Source: an uncultured Candidatus Bathyarchaeia archaeon
GTDB lineage: Archaea; Thermoproteota; Bathyarchaeia; Bathyarchaeales; Bathycorpusculaceae
DNA length: 64,000 nucleotides
Direction: 5' to 3'
NCBI GenBank assembly: GCA_964591705.1
Contig: CAZQCX010000004.1
Location: 2,473 to 66,472, forward strand
The notes beneath the pieces were generated by a model. That model worked only from the letters and a program-made list of their open reading frames with translations. It did no database searches and was not told where the DNA came from. The first letter of the stretch is position 1; each line of letters opens with the position of its first letter. Both the position numbers and the translations under genes were made by a program. This document shows, one piece after another, positions 38,433 to 47,460 of the stretch.

Positions 38433-38807
38433 ATGTCTTCCACCCGTCTTATCCATGAGACAGGAGATGGAAAAACGAAAGGCGCAATAGTATTCCTCAT
38501 AGTATTCGCCATAGTTGTAGTCATAACCTTGGGTAACACATCAATTCCCCCTGGAAAAGCCATCTACGACGCGGTTCTACCCGGAACAGAAGCGGCTTCA
38601 GGCTACTTGGTCGGTGGTACTGTGGACGCAGTGACACTCATCATTGCTGTCTTCAACGGCGTCATCTATGGATTCATAGCATGGTTGCTATTCACATTGG
38701 CAACGATGGGTCGCAAAAAGAACAAGGCACAGAATATCCAGCAAGTCGTAAACGTCAATCTCGGCGAAAAAGATAAGAAAGAAGAGAAGAGCACAACCCA
38801 AAACTAA
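38433..38807 (+). CDS. hypothetical membrane protein (2 TM, Lys/Glu-rich tail)
   Basis: 124 aa with two hydrophobic helices (AIVFLIVFAIVVVITL; LIIAVFNGVIYGFIAWLLFTLA). No motif recognised. Confidence 0.5.
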   Translation: MSSTRLIHETGDGKTKGAIVFLIVFAIVVVITLGNTSIPPGKAIYDAVLPGTEAASGYLVGGTVDAVTLIIAVFNGVIYGFIAWLLFTLATMGRKKNKAQNIQQVVNVNLGEKDKKEEKSTTQN

Positions 38808-38932
38808 ACTGAAAAAACAACCAGCGGTGTCTCAACAACCTCATTTTTTTGTCTCAAGCACAAAGACTACTAATGAATCTCTTATAGACAACAAACCCCA
38901 CAAAGCTACACGCAATAACAACAAACTTGCTT

Positions 38933-40939
38933 CTAAGAAAGCATTATCAAAGGAGTCAACGACATCAGCAAAGGCGCGATCAGCAGCGAAGTCATATTCG
39001 TAAGCTTCATGAAGATGTTCAAAGACGGTCCTGCCACATCCTTCAAAGGATCCCCAACTGTGTCACCAACCACCGCCGCTGTGTGAGTCTGCGACCCTTT
39101 CAGCCAGAAAGCTTTAGCCTCAATGCCCTTCTTAGTATTATCCCATAAAGCCCCACCAAAAGTGAAAAACGAAGCTAACAAAGCAGCCGTGCAGGTTCCG
39201 CCTAAAAGCATCCCTCCCAAAGCATAGGGTCCAAGTATCAACCCCATCAACAAAGGTGAAGCCAAAGTCACAAAAGTCGGCATAATCATTTTCTTCAGAG
39301 CATTCTTAGTGCTAATGTCAATACACTTGTCATAATCCGGCTTATCTCTGCCTTCCAGAATACGAGGATTAGCCTTAAACTGCCGTCTGACCTCGTTCAC
39401 CATGTCGAAGGCGCCCTTCGCTGTCGCTGCGATAGTGAAAGACGAAAAAAGAAAAGGAATCACCCCGCCAATCAGAATGCCAAAAACAAACGCTTGACCC
39501 AGCCTAGCTGACCACAACCCCACCACGTGACTATAGGTTGCAAACAAAACCACAGTCGAAACAGTACCCGAAGCAGTGGCAAACGCCTTAGCATACGCCT
39601 TTGTCGTATTGCCAGTGGCGTCAAGAACTTCCAGCGCCCCATTAGTCTTCGCAGGAAGACCGGCCATCTGCTCTATCCCCTGAGCATTATCGCTGATGGG
39701 ACCAAAAGCATCACCGGCCATGATAATCCCAATAGTCAAATCTGTTCCCAAGTTCACGGCGAGAAGACCCAGCATCGACCCATTCGTCACTATGAGGGCA
39801 AGCAGCATTGCTCCAATCATAGAAAGAAAAGGCAAAAACGGACTCTGAAGCCCATACGACAAACCGGTTATCAGATTAATCGCAACCCCCCGTTTGGAAG
39901 CCTCCTCCATCTGCAAAACAGGCTTTCCAGAAGTACCTAAATAATACTGAACAACCAACCCCACAGCCGTACTTGCAACTATCCCGCTGAAAGCACAGAA
40001 GAAGATACGCAGATCATTCAATAACCAGACAGATGCAAAGTAAGCTCCTACAGTAGCCACCCCCGCCGCCACAACCAGCCCAACATTGAAAGAAGTGATC
40101 GGCCTCACGTTCCTCCACCCCCTAACAACCAAAACCCCCAACAGCGTAGCTACCACACCCACTGTTCCCAAAGCAAAAGGAAACATCAAAACATTCTCTC
40201 CCGCCCCCCCAACGAAGAGACTCCAGCCAATAATCAGTGCAGTCACGAAATCATCACTTATTGACTCAAACAAATCTGAACCTCGCCCAGCACAATCCCC
40301 AACATTATCCCCGACTTGATCAGCAATAACAGCGGGATTTCTGATATCATCCTCAGGTATGTTCTGCTCTATCTTGCCAACCAAATCAGCGCCAATATCC
40401 GCAGCTTTCGTAAAGATCCCCCCGCCGAGTTGCGCAAACAACGCTGCAAGACTCGCTCCAAACCCATAGCCAATCAACGAGTCTAGATTCCTACTCCCAT
40501 AAATCAGGTACAACAAACTGATCCCGAGAAGGCTCAGCCCCACCACAGACAAGCCCATTACGGCTCCACCTCTGAATGCAAGGGTAAACGCTCTCGCCGA
40601 AGATGACATGGCAGCCCTTGCAGTCCTAACATTCGCCCGAACAGCCACATTCATCCCGATATAAGCGGCAACCATGGAAAGAGCCGCACCCGTATAGAAA
40701 GAAATCACAACTTCCAACGAGCGGAAAACAACAGCGATCGGCAGACACAAAAGAGACACAAACAACAGAATCGTCCTATACTGCCTCTTCAGAAAGGTCT
40801 TAGCACCATTTCTGATGTATCTAGCGACCTCGCGCATCTCAGGCGTTCCCGGGTCTTCGCGATGAATTGACCAAGTCAAATACGCCACAACGGCCATTGC
40901 AAGGGCGCCTACAGCCAACGCGATCCAAACCAAGACCAT
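38933..40939 (-). CDS. hppA: membrane-bound H+/Na+-translocating pyrophosphatase
   Basis: GGGIFTKAADIGADLVGK, DNVGDCAGRG, GDTVGDPLKD. Start placed at ATG 40939, which is preceded by GGAG with an 8-nt spacer. The ORF is open to 40972. Confidence 0.92.
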   Translation of the reverse strand: MVLVWIALAVGALAMAVVAYLTWSIHREDPGTPEMREVARYIRNGAKTFLKRQYRTILLFVSLLCLPIAVVFRSLEVVISFYTGAALSMVAAYIGMNVAVRANVRTARAAMSSSARAFTLAFRGGAVMGLSVVGLSLLGISLLYLIYGSRNLDSLIGYGFGASLAALFAQLGGGIFTKAADIGADLVGKIEQNIPEDDIRNPAVIADQVGDNVGDCAGRGSDLFESISDDFVTALIIGWSLFVGGAGENVLMFPFALGTVGVVATLLGVLVVRGWRNVRPITSFNVGLVVAAGVATVGAYFASVWLLNDLRIFFCAFSGIVASTAVGLVVQYYLGTSGKPVLQMEEASKRGVAINLITGLSYGLQSPFLPFLSMIGAMLLALIVTNGSMLGLLAVNLGTDLTIGIIMAGDAFGPISDNAQGIEQMAGLPAKTNGALEVLDATGNTTKAYAKAFATASGTVSTVVLFATYSHVVGLWSARLGQAFVFGILIGGVIPFLFSSFTIAATAKGAFDMVNEVRRQFKANPRILEGRDKPDYDKCIDISTKNALKKMIMPTFVTLASPLLMGLILGPYALGGMLLGGTCTAALLASFFTFGGALWDNTKKGIEAKAFWLKGSQTHTAAVVGDTVGDPLKDVAGPSLNIFMKLTNMTSLLIAPLLMSLTPLIMLS

Positions 40940-41134
40940 TACTGGTTCTCCGAACAGGTTACCTGCGTCCAATCATACCGTGTAAGTTGTTATCCTGCAG
41001 AGGACCTATTAAGGCTTCAGCCCTAACCACGTGAACCAACAAACTTTAACTGAATTAGCAGCTCTCTCAAAGAAAAAGACAAAACCGGCAAGTCCACAAA
41101 CGAAAACATATTATTCTAAGTATACTATTCTAAG

Positions 41135-41551
41135 ATGACGCAAAAACAGCAGAGGATAGAAATGCAGGACAAAATCCGAATACTCGTCGGTTACGACGCT
41201 TCACCCCAATCAAAACAAGCACTAACCGAGGCAATAGCCATTGCCAAGAAATTCTCAGGATTCATAAAGGTAGTCAGCGTCCACGGCAGAGGCTACAAAG
41301 AAAAAGCCGAAACAAGCGTCATCGAAGTCAAAGAAAACCTGAAGAAAGAACAAGTCGAATACGAGGTTGAACTCGTCGAGGGCTCTAACCCCGCCAAAAC
41401 CCTTGAAACCACAGTCAAGAAAGAAAACTTTGACCTAGTCGTGATCGGAAGCAGAGGCCTAGGAAATACGGCATCCATGCTTCTAGGCAGCGTTTCGAGA
41501 CGGATCGTCAGCAACGCACAATGCAATGTGTTGGTCGTGAAAGGCCAGTAA
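41135..41551 (+). CDS. universal stress protein family (UspA)
   Basis: ILVGYDASPQSKQAL ... VVIGSRGLGNTASMLLGSVSRRIVSNAQCNVLVVK. Confidence 0.85.
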   Translation: MTQKQQRIEMQDKIRILVGYDASPQSKQALTEAIAIAKKFSGFIKVVSVHGRGYKEKAETSVIEVKENLKKEQVEYEVELVEGSNPAKTLETTVKKENFDLVVIGSRGLGNTASMLLGSVSRRIVSNAQCNVLVVKGQ

Positions 41552-41625
41552 CTTAAGTGCCAACGAACTCGGCAAAGAAACAGATCACTCTCCAACTACT
41601 GAGTCAATTACAAAAAAGGGAAAAG

Positions 41626-42180
41626 TCATTTCAAAGTGACTTTTCGCTTCTGCTTTGGTGCTTTCTTGGGAAGAGTGATCTCTAAGACACCTTCTAACGG
41701 GTTTGCCACAACTTCGTCTGTTTTTACCTCTTCTGGCAACTCGATCATTCGGTAGAACGATTCACATGCCCGTTCTTTGCATATGTATGCGCGAGACTTC
41801 TTGTCATATTTCCAGCCCGCCTTACCAGTGATGCCAACGGAGTTGTCTTGAACCTCGATTTCGATGTCTTCTTTCTTGAAGCCGGGCATCTCTGCCCTCA
41901 AAACGTAGTCTTTCTCTCTGTCCTCCAAGTCCACCACTGGAACACGGATCTCCGGCATCAGCGCTAATGCCCTATCCCACAATGATGGAAACAAAAGATC
42001 CCCAAAATCGCTTCGAAACCTTTCGAAAACATCATCGAACGCCCTCCAAAGGTTCGACGGCGTTGCAGGCGACAAAGCGGATTGCTTTTGCGGTTTTGCC
42101 AGTGATTCTTTCTTTGGCGTGACAGCAATTTCCGTCTTGAGATTTTTTTCAGCCTCTGGCTGCTTTTTTGTCTTTGGCAT
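41626..42180 (-). CDS. hsp20: small heat-shock protein (Hsp20/alpha-crystallin family)
   Basis: Alpha-crystallin domain VDLEDREKDYVLRAEMPGFKKEDIEIEV ... GVLEITLPK. Start set to ATG 42180 (MPKTKKQ). The upstream extension in the ORF track has no protein-like character. Confidence 0.85.
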   Translation of the reverse strand: MPKTKKQPEAEKNLKTEIAVTPKKESLAKPQKQSALSPATPSNLWRAFDDVFERFRSDFGDLLFPSLWDRALALMPEIRVPVVDLEDREKDYVLRAEMPGFKKEDIEIEVQDNSVGITGKAGWKYDKKSRAYICKERACESFYRMIELPEEVKTDEVVANPLEGVLEITLPKKAPKQKRKVTLK

Positions 42181-42489
42181 AGAAATTCCCCTGCACTGGA
42201 AGGGGGCTTCCTCGAATTCATGGTTTACTTGAATTTTCAGAGACGCAACTCGGAGCGTAGATGCATGGTTCTTTCGGACTCTCCGAACACAACAAAGGCC
42301 AAAGCGGAAAGATAGAAAACAAGAAGACTCAAGAAAACGAAAAAACTTGGACCCCAACCCAACTGTCACGAAAAGACATAGGAAGGAATTAATTCTCGCC
42401 GTTCACGAGAGCGCACTAGCAAGTATTACTTGCTGATCTTGACTGAATAAGCCAAATAGTCTTAACCTTGAGAAGCCAATCTGACTACT

Positions 42490-44220
42490 ATGTGGAAAAG
42501 CAAGATTCAGGCAACCGCCTTAATCCTTATGGCTGTTCTGCTTCTTCTCGGAGTCTCAGCTTCAATCGCGATAGACTCAGACTTCGGAAAGATAGACGTC
42601 ACCACCGTTACCATAAAGAATGGCGACAAAGAACTGAGCGCCATAATATATAGATCCCAATCAGCAGACACCCAGAATCCTGCTCCTGCAGTGATAGCGG
42701 CTCACGGCATTTGCGGCTCCAAGGAAATGATGAGCAGCATTGGACTCGAACTAGCCCGACGGGGGTTTGTTTCCCTCTGCCTCGATTTACTTGGACATGG
42801 AAAATCCCAAGGGTCGGTCGAGGAAGGCAGAACTGACCCCACTTTCGGCGTCCACTCAGCAGTGCAATACTTGAAGTCACAACCCTACGTAAATTCTTCT
42901 TTGCTGGGGTTGGTTGGGCACAGTTTGGGGGCAGGAGCTGTCAGAGCAACACTGACAAGAGAGAACCAGATTGGCGCAACCGTTCTCGTGGCTGGTGGAC
43001 TGCAACCGCACCTCGCAGACGAACCTGAATATGGAGTGTTCAACGCCACCCATCCCAAAAACCTGCTAGTCATAGTCGGAAAATATGACGTTCTATTTGA
43101 CATCAAAGAGCTAACTTCTAATGAACTTCCACCTGCATTTGGCGTTCAACAACAAATTGTCCCAGAAGTTCTTTATGGAGAATTCATATCCCAGACAGCA
43201 AGAAAACTCGTAATACCCTCAACCACTCACTTTTTCGAGCCCGTTGATCCGACTATCATATCCGAAATAGTCGCTTGGAGCGAAAATTCACTTGGAAAGA
43301 GACAAGACCCAGCCAGCGCCCCAACCCCTCAATTTCTTTATGTTCAGAGAGAAGCCGCAATCCTGCTTGCTCTAGCCAGTTTGGTTGGCATTGCACTCTT
43401 ATCTTACTTTCCAACCAGAAAGCTCATTCACATTGGGAACGAAGAAGGAACGCCCACCAAAGGTGATAAATCCTCACATAAATGGAGACTTCACGCGTTC
43501 TGGGCAGTTCTCAACTTGGCACTGCTTCTCCCCATGTTCGCGATAGGATCAATCATCGCTTTTCCCCCACTAGTTTTCGGATCTTCGATAGCATTTTGGA
43601 TGATGATCACGGGGGCAATTGGGCTAATGGCACTGGTAAAATTCCCGAACAAAATCCTGGGAAAAACATATCCTATGAAGCAAGCATTGACACGCCATTT
43701 CAACAAGAAAGAAGCAGTTGGAGCCATCATTTCGTTTAGCCTAATCCTCTTGATAACTACGATCATAGCATCCGGTGTCAACTTCAATTTCCGAATAATC
43801 TCGCCTGTTTTCAGAGACTTCACGACAGCTCGAGCACTCGTTTTTCCCACCTTCATACCTTTCTTCTTCTTGTATTTTGCATCGGAAAGTCTGTTTCTTC
43901 ACGACCTGCCCCGACACGACTCAAACGGAATCAAAACACGACACCAAATTCAGAACTACGTTGAACCAGTTCTAGGCAAGATCTTACCATTCGCGATTCT
44001 GCTCGCCTTCCATTTTTCCAGCAAAATATTCTTTGACTTCTGGGTACTCCCAAGCTTTGTTGGTTTTCTATTGGAATTCCTCTGGTTGATCCTGCCAATC
44101 TTTGTGATTACGACCAGCATTTCATGGTGGTTTCACAAAAACACCCAAAGAGCTGGCTATGGCGCCTTGCTTAATGCCTTGCTGATGTCGTGGGTAGCTT
44201 CTGTTGTCTTCCCGTTCTAA
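42490..44220 (+). CDS. alpha/beta hydrolase domain fused to a C-terminal polytopic membrane domain
   Basis: N-terminal signal/anchor, HG motif AAHGICGS, nucleophile elbow GHSLGAG, then about 300 aa with about 8 predicted TM helices of no recognised family. Confidence 0.6.
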   Translation: MWKSKIQATALILMAVLLLLGVSASIAIDSDFGKIDVTTVTIKNGDKELSAIIYRSQSADTQNPAPAVIAAHGICGSKEMMSSIGLELARRGFVSLCLDLLGHGKSQGSVEEGRTDPTFGVHSAVQYLKSQPYVNSSLLGLVGHSLGAGAVRATLTRENQIGATVLVAGGLQPHLADEPEYGVFNATHPKNLLVIVGKYDVLFDIKELTSNELPPAFGVQQQIVPEVLYGEFISQTARKLVIPSTTHFFEPVDPTIISEIVAWSENSLGKRQDPASAPTPQFLYVQREAAILLALASLVGIALLSYFPTRKLIHIGNEEGTPTKGDKSSHKWRLHAFWAVLNLALLLPMFAIGSIIAFPPLVFGSSIAFWMMITGAIGLMALVKFPNKILGKTYPMKQALTRHFNKKEAVGAIISFSLILLITTIIASGVNFNFRIISPVFRDFTTARALVFPTFIPFFFLYFASESLFLHDLPRHDSNGIKTRHQIQNYVEPVLGKILPFAILLAFHFSSKIFFDFWVLPSFVGFLLEFLWLILPIFVITTSISWWFHKNTQRAGYGALLNALLMSWVASVVFPF

Positions 44221-44232
44221 TTCCATGCAAAT

Positions 44233-45765
44233 TCAGGGACAGCCAGTCCAGCAGTACAGGCACAAATCCTCTTTTTTCAGATTTTGCGCGTTCGGAGCTT
44301 CCACAACAGCCTTGATCATTTCCTCAATTGTAAGGAAACGCAATGTGGTAAAGCCTATGCGCTTTCTTATCTCCTCTACCATCAGATCATATTCAGGACC
44401 ACTTGCGTTGAGATTAGCTGCCAAATCCTGAACTCCTTTGATATTGCCATAACTTCTGCACGTTGCAAGTTCACTGTGTTTGGTCGAGAGGTCGAAAATG
44501 CATGGATGAAGCTGAGGCGGAGAAGCAATTCGCCCGTGAATCTCTCTGGGTTCAAAAGGCCAAATCTTCTCAACCAACAAATCATGCAGCTGTGTGCCTC
44601 TCCTAATAGAGTCATCCACCAACACGATGCTCTTCCCCCGTATCATCTGCGGATTAGGAACCTGCTTATACCTGGCTATGAGTTCCCGCCTCCTCTGAAC
44701 AGGAGGAATATAGCTTCTTCCCCAGCCAGGAGTATACTTCACCAAAGGACGCCTCAGCGGAGCAACAAGATCGAGAGCTTCGCTTATCCTCTTCTCAACT
44801 TCTTGCGACCCAATCTTTCCTTCGCCAAACTCAGAAAGATGATTGTGAATTTTTTCTTTGGCTATTTCCATCTTCCTTTTGACATATCCAACCGAGTGAG
44901 GGAGACCCGAATCAGCAATTCCCAAGACCAAGTCAGCCTTCGCGTTATCATTCTCAGCCAAGAAGCCACCGCAGCGCTCTCTGACAATTTCAGAGTTTAT
45001 CCCATAGAAGTCCGATGCTGGGAAACCAGAATAAACATGGAGAAATGGACAAAACCTCTTTCTGCCTTTGGAGGGCACCCTAGTGCTGAAGCCTTCTTGG
45101 CCGAAAGACGCGATTTCGCGGTAGTCAAGAAACTTGAAAACGGAATAGCCCAAATTTGGAAAACCAGTTGTTTCTGAGGCAACCGCCCAACTCTCATTTT
45201 TCGATCCCATGACAAGTGGGAAAGTATCTCCAGCCGCATATATGGCACGCTCATTCTCGGAAAGCAAAAGCAGAGAGATTGACCCCTCAAGCCTCTCATA
45301 CATCCTTGTTATGCCATCAGTAATGCTTGTTCCAGTGCAGATCAACTCTCCCACGATCTCGGTCTGATTGAAGATGCTTTTACCCGACTTTTGCCTCGAC
45401 TTCTTGAACGTGGCGCCTTCCCGTATCAAACTGGAATACAGTTCTAAAGAATTCCTAACCAAACCCACCGTGCAAAGAGCAAAAGTCCCCAGCTTTGTCT
45501 CAAACTTAATGGGCTGCTCCTCTTTTGTATCGCTGATTACTCCAATTCCCAATTCCCCATTCAATTTTCTCAAGTGCTTGCCAAATTTTGACTTGAATTG
45601 GCTATTGCTAATGTCGTGAGAGAAAACCTCAATATCTCCGTCAAGAAGAGCTAACCCAGCGACTTCGGTTCCGAGATGAGTGTTGTAGTCAGTTCCAAAA
45701 AACAAGTCTTTGGCGCAACTTCCTTTTGAAGCCACACCGAACAAGCCGCCCAACATTAATCCCAC
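44233..45765 (-). CDS. amidophosphoribosyltransferase (PurF) paralogue lacking the N-terminal Cys nucleophile
   Basis: PRPP motif VLVDDSIRRGTQ. Fe-S ligand contexts FCPFLHVY, HPCIFD and C-terminal CLYCWTGCP align with B. subtilis PurF. The N-terminus MLGGLFGV replaces MCGIFG, and HNG is replaced by TVG. Start is GTG 45765 or ATG 45756. Confidence 0.7.
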   Translation of the reverse strand: MGLMLGGLFGVASKGSCAKDLFFGTDYNTHLGTEVAGLALLDGDIEVFSHDISNSQFKSKFGKHLRKLNGELGIGVISDTKEEQPIKFETKLGTFALCTVGLVRNSLELYSSLIREGATFKKSRQKSGKSIFNQTEIVGELICTGTSITDGITRMYERLEGSISLLLLSENERAIYAAGDTFPLVMGSKNESWAVASETTGFPNLGYSVFKFLDYREIASFGQEGFSTRVPSKGRKRFCPFLHVYSGFPASDFYGINSEIVRERCGGFLAENDNAKADLVLGIADSGLPHSVGYVKRKMEIAKEKIHNHLSEFGEGKIGSQEVEKRISEALDLVAPLRRPLVKYTPGWGRSYIPPVQRRRELIARYKQVPNPQMIRGKSIVLVDDSIRRGTQLHDLLVEKIWPFEPREIHGRIASPPQLHPCIFDLSTKHSELATCRSYGNIKGVQDLAANLNASGPEYDLMVEEIRKRIGFTTLRFLTIEEMIKAVVEAPNAQNLKKEDLCLYCWTGCP

Positions 45766-45904
45766 ATCCGTGCAGCTTGGTCAGCAGTTGAACCCTAAAA
45801 GGCTTGCTGTCAGCAAACTAGACAACATATTTGAGACTGCTCAACGTTATCCTGTGCAGCGAAGCTTCGAAGAGAGAAATATCAAATGGGCTAATGGAAA
45901 GAAG

Positions 45905-46699
45905 ATGCAGAAAAAACTCTTAGCAATAGCAGCTTTCACAGCGATAGTGCTGATTGCAATTCCCTCAGTCTATGTTGTACTGAACGAGGAACCTGCTGCA
46001 ACTCAACCTCTTCACTACACCTACAGGATCGTCAACGTGTTTCCCCACAATGCAAGTTCCTTCACACAAGGACTCGTCTTCGAAAACGGATTCCTATTCG
46101 AAAGCACCGGACTCTATGGAAGCTCCACGCTACAAAGAGTTGATCTAGAAACAGGGCAAACCCTACAACTGCACGTACTTCCGGAAGAATACTTTGGAGA
46201 AGGCATCACAATTCTCGGAGACAAAATCTTTCATTTGACTTGGCAATCACGAAAAGGATTTGTCTACGACAAATCATCCTTTGCCCTGCTTTCTGAGTTC
46301 AACCACCCTTACGAAGGCTGGGGAATTACCAATGATGGAAAAAAACTGATAATGAGCGACGGATCAGCAATATTGAGATTTCTCGACCCAAAAACCTTTG
46401 AACTGATTGGAGAGGTTCAAGTGTATGACGCTGGCGTCCCCGTCAGCAGACTCAATGAACTCGAATTCATAAAAGGCGAAGTATATGCAAACATCTGGCT
46501 GGAAAACAGAATCGCAGTGATTGACATTCAAACTGGACGAGTCAAAGCATGGATAAACCTTGCGGGGCTGTACGAGCCAGAAACTTCTGACCCGGATAAT
46601 GTCTTGAACGGTATCGCGTACGACGCTGCTAGAAACAGGCTTTTTGTGACGGGAAAGCGATGGTCAAAACTCTTCGAAATCGAAATTCGCCTCGCTTGA
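45905..46699 (+). CDS. glutaminyl-peptide cyclotransferase (plant/bacterial beta-propeller type), membrane anchored
   Basis: YRIVNVFPHNASSFTQGLVFENGFLFESTGLYGSSTLQRVDLETGQ and NGIAYDAARNRLFVTGKRW. Start set to ATG 45905 (MQKKLLAIAAF, signal anchor) to avoid overlap with the divergent gene. Confidence 0.8.
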   Translation: MQKKLLAIAAFTAIVLIAIPSVYVVLNEEPAATQPLHYTYRIVNVFPHNASSFTQGLVFENGFLFESTGLYGSSTLQRVDLETGQTLQLHVLPEEYFGEGITILGDKIFHLTWQSRKGFVYDKSSFALLSEFNHPYEGWGITNDGKKLIMSDGSAILRFLDPKTFELIGEVQVYDAGVPVSRLNELEFIKGEVYANIWLENRIAVIDIQTGRVKAWINLAGLYEPETSDPDNVLNGIAYDAARNRLFVTGKRWSKLFEIEIRLA

Positions 46700-46827
46700 T
46701 GAAAGTGTTTTTCAGTTTAGCTGAAAAGATTCGAGCAAACATTTTTCCATGCGAAAAAGAACTTGACAAGCACTAGAAAATCCCATGCCAACGCGTTACA
46801 CTTTTATTTTGTTGCTAAAACAGTAGC

Positions 46828-47454
46828 ATGGGGAAATATGTGAAAGTTGTAGCATTCAACGGCAGCCCAAGAAAAGACGGCAACACCGCCATTCTCATAA
46901 AGCATGTCTTGAAAGTTATCGAGGACGAGGGAATTGAGACAGAGCTTATTCAACTTGCAGGCGAGACAATTCATGGTTGCAACGCTTGCCGAACCTGCTA
47001 TGAAACAAAGAATGAACGCTGCATATTGGCAGAAGACAAAGTCAATGAATATGTGCAGAAAATGAAAAACGCAGACGGCATAATCTTAGGGTCACCAACT
47101 TACTTCTCGATGATGACCCCTGAAATGAAAGCGCTGATAGACCGAACTGGTTACGTGGCGAGAGCAAACGGGCAATTGTTCAAAAGAAAGGTTGGAGCAG
47201 CAGTCGTAGCAGTTCGGAGAGCTGGGGGGATTCCAACTTTTGACGGCATTAACCACTTCTTCCTTATAAATCAAATGATTGTGCCGGGTTCCTCCTACTG
47301 GAACATTGGGATTGGAGGAAAGAAGGGAGATGCCGAATCCGACGAAGAAGGCATCAAAACCATGGAAGACCTGGGAAGAAACATGGCCTGGTTGATTGAG
47401 AAGATTAACGCTCGCTCCAAGTCTGAGACAAGAAAGAAGAAAAAGGAGGAGTAG
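46828..47454 (+). CDS. iron-sulfur flavoprotein (Isf-like, NADPH-dependent FMN reductase family)
   Basis: [11 protein letters not shown], compact Cys motif [15 protein letters not shown] (Cx2Cx2Cx7C), GSPTYF. Confidence 0.75.
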   Translation: MGKYVKVVAFNGSPRKDGNTAILIKHVLKVIEDEGIETELIQLAGETIHGCNACRTCYETKNERCILAEDKVNEYVQKMKNADGIILGSPTYFSMMTPEMKALIDRTGYVARANGQLFKRKVGAAVVAVRRAGGIPTFDGINHFFLINQMIVPGSSYWNIGIGGKKGDAESDEEGIKTMEDLGRNMAWLIEKINARSKSETRKKKKEE

Positions 47455-47460
47455 GGTTTC

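Noticed and set aside
42181-42369. N-terminal extensions offered by the ORF track for hsp20 (42181..42369), thermosome (28330..28392), glutaminyl cyclase (45710..45904), DEAD helicase (58804..58863) and serA (63426..63473)
   Set aside because: The extensions lack similarity to the respective families, overlap neighbouring genes or promoters, and internal ATGs reproduce canonical N-termini.
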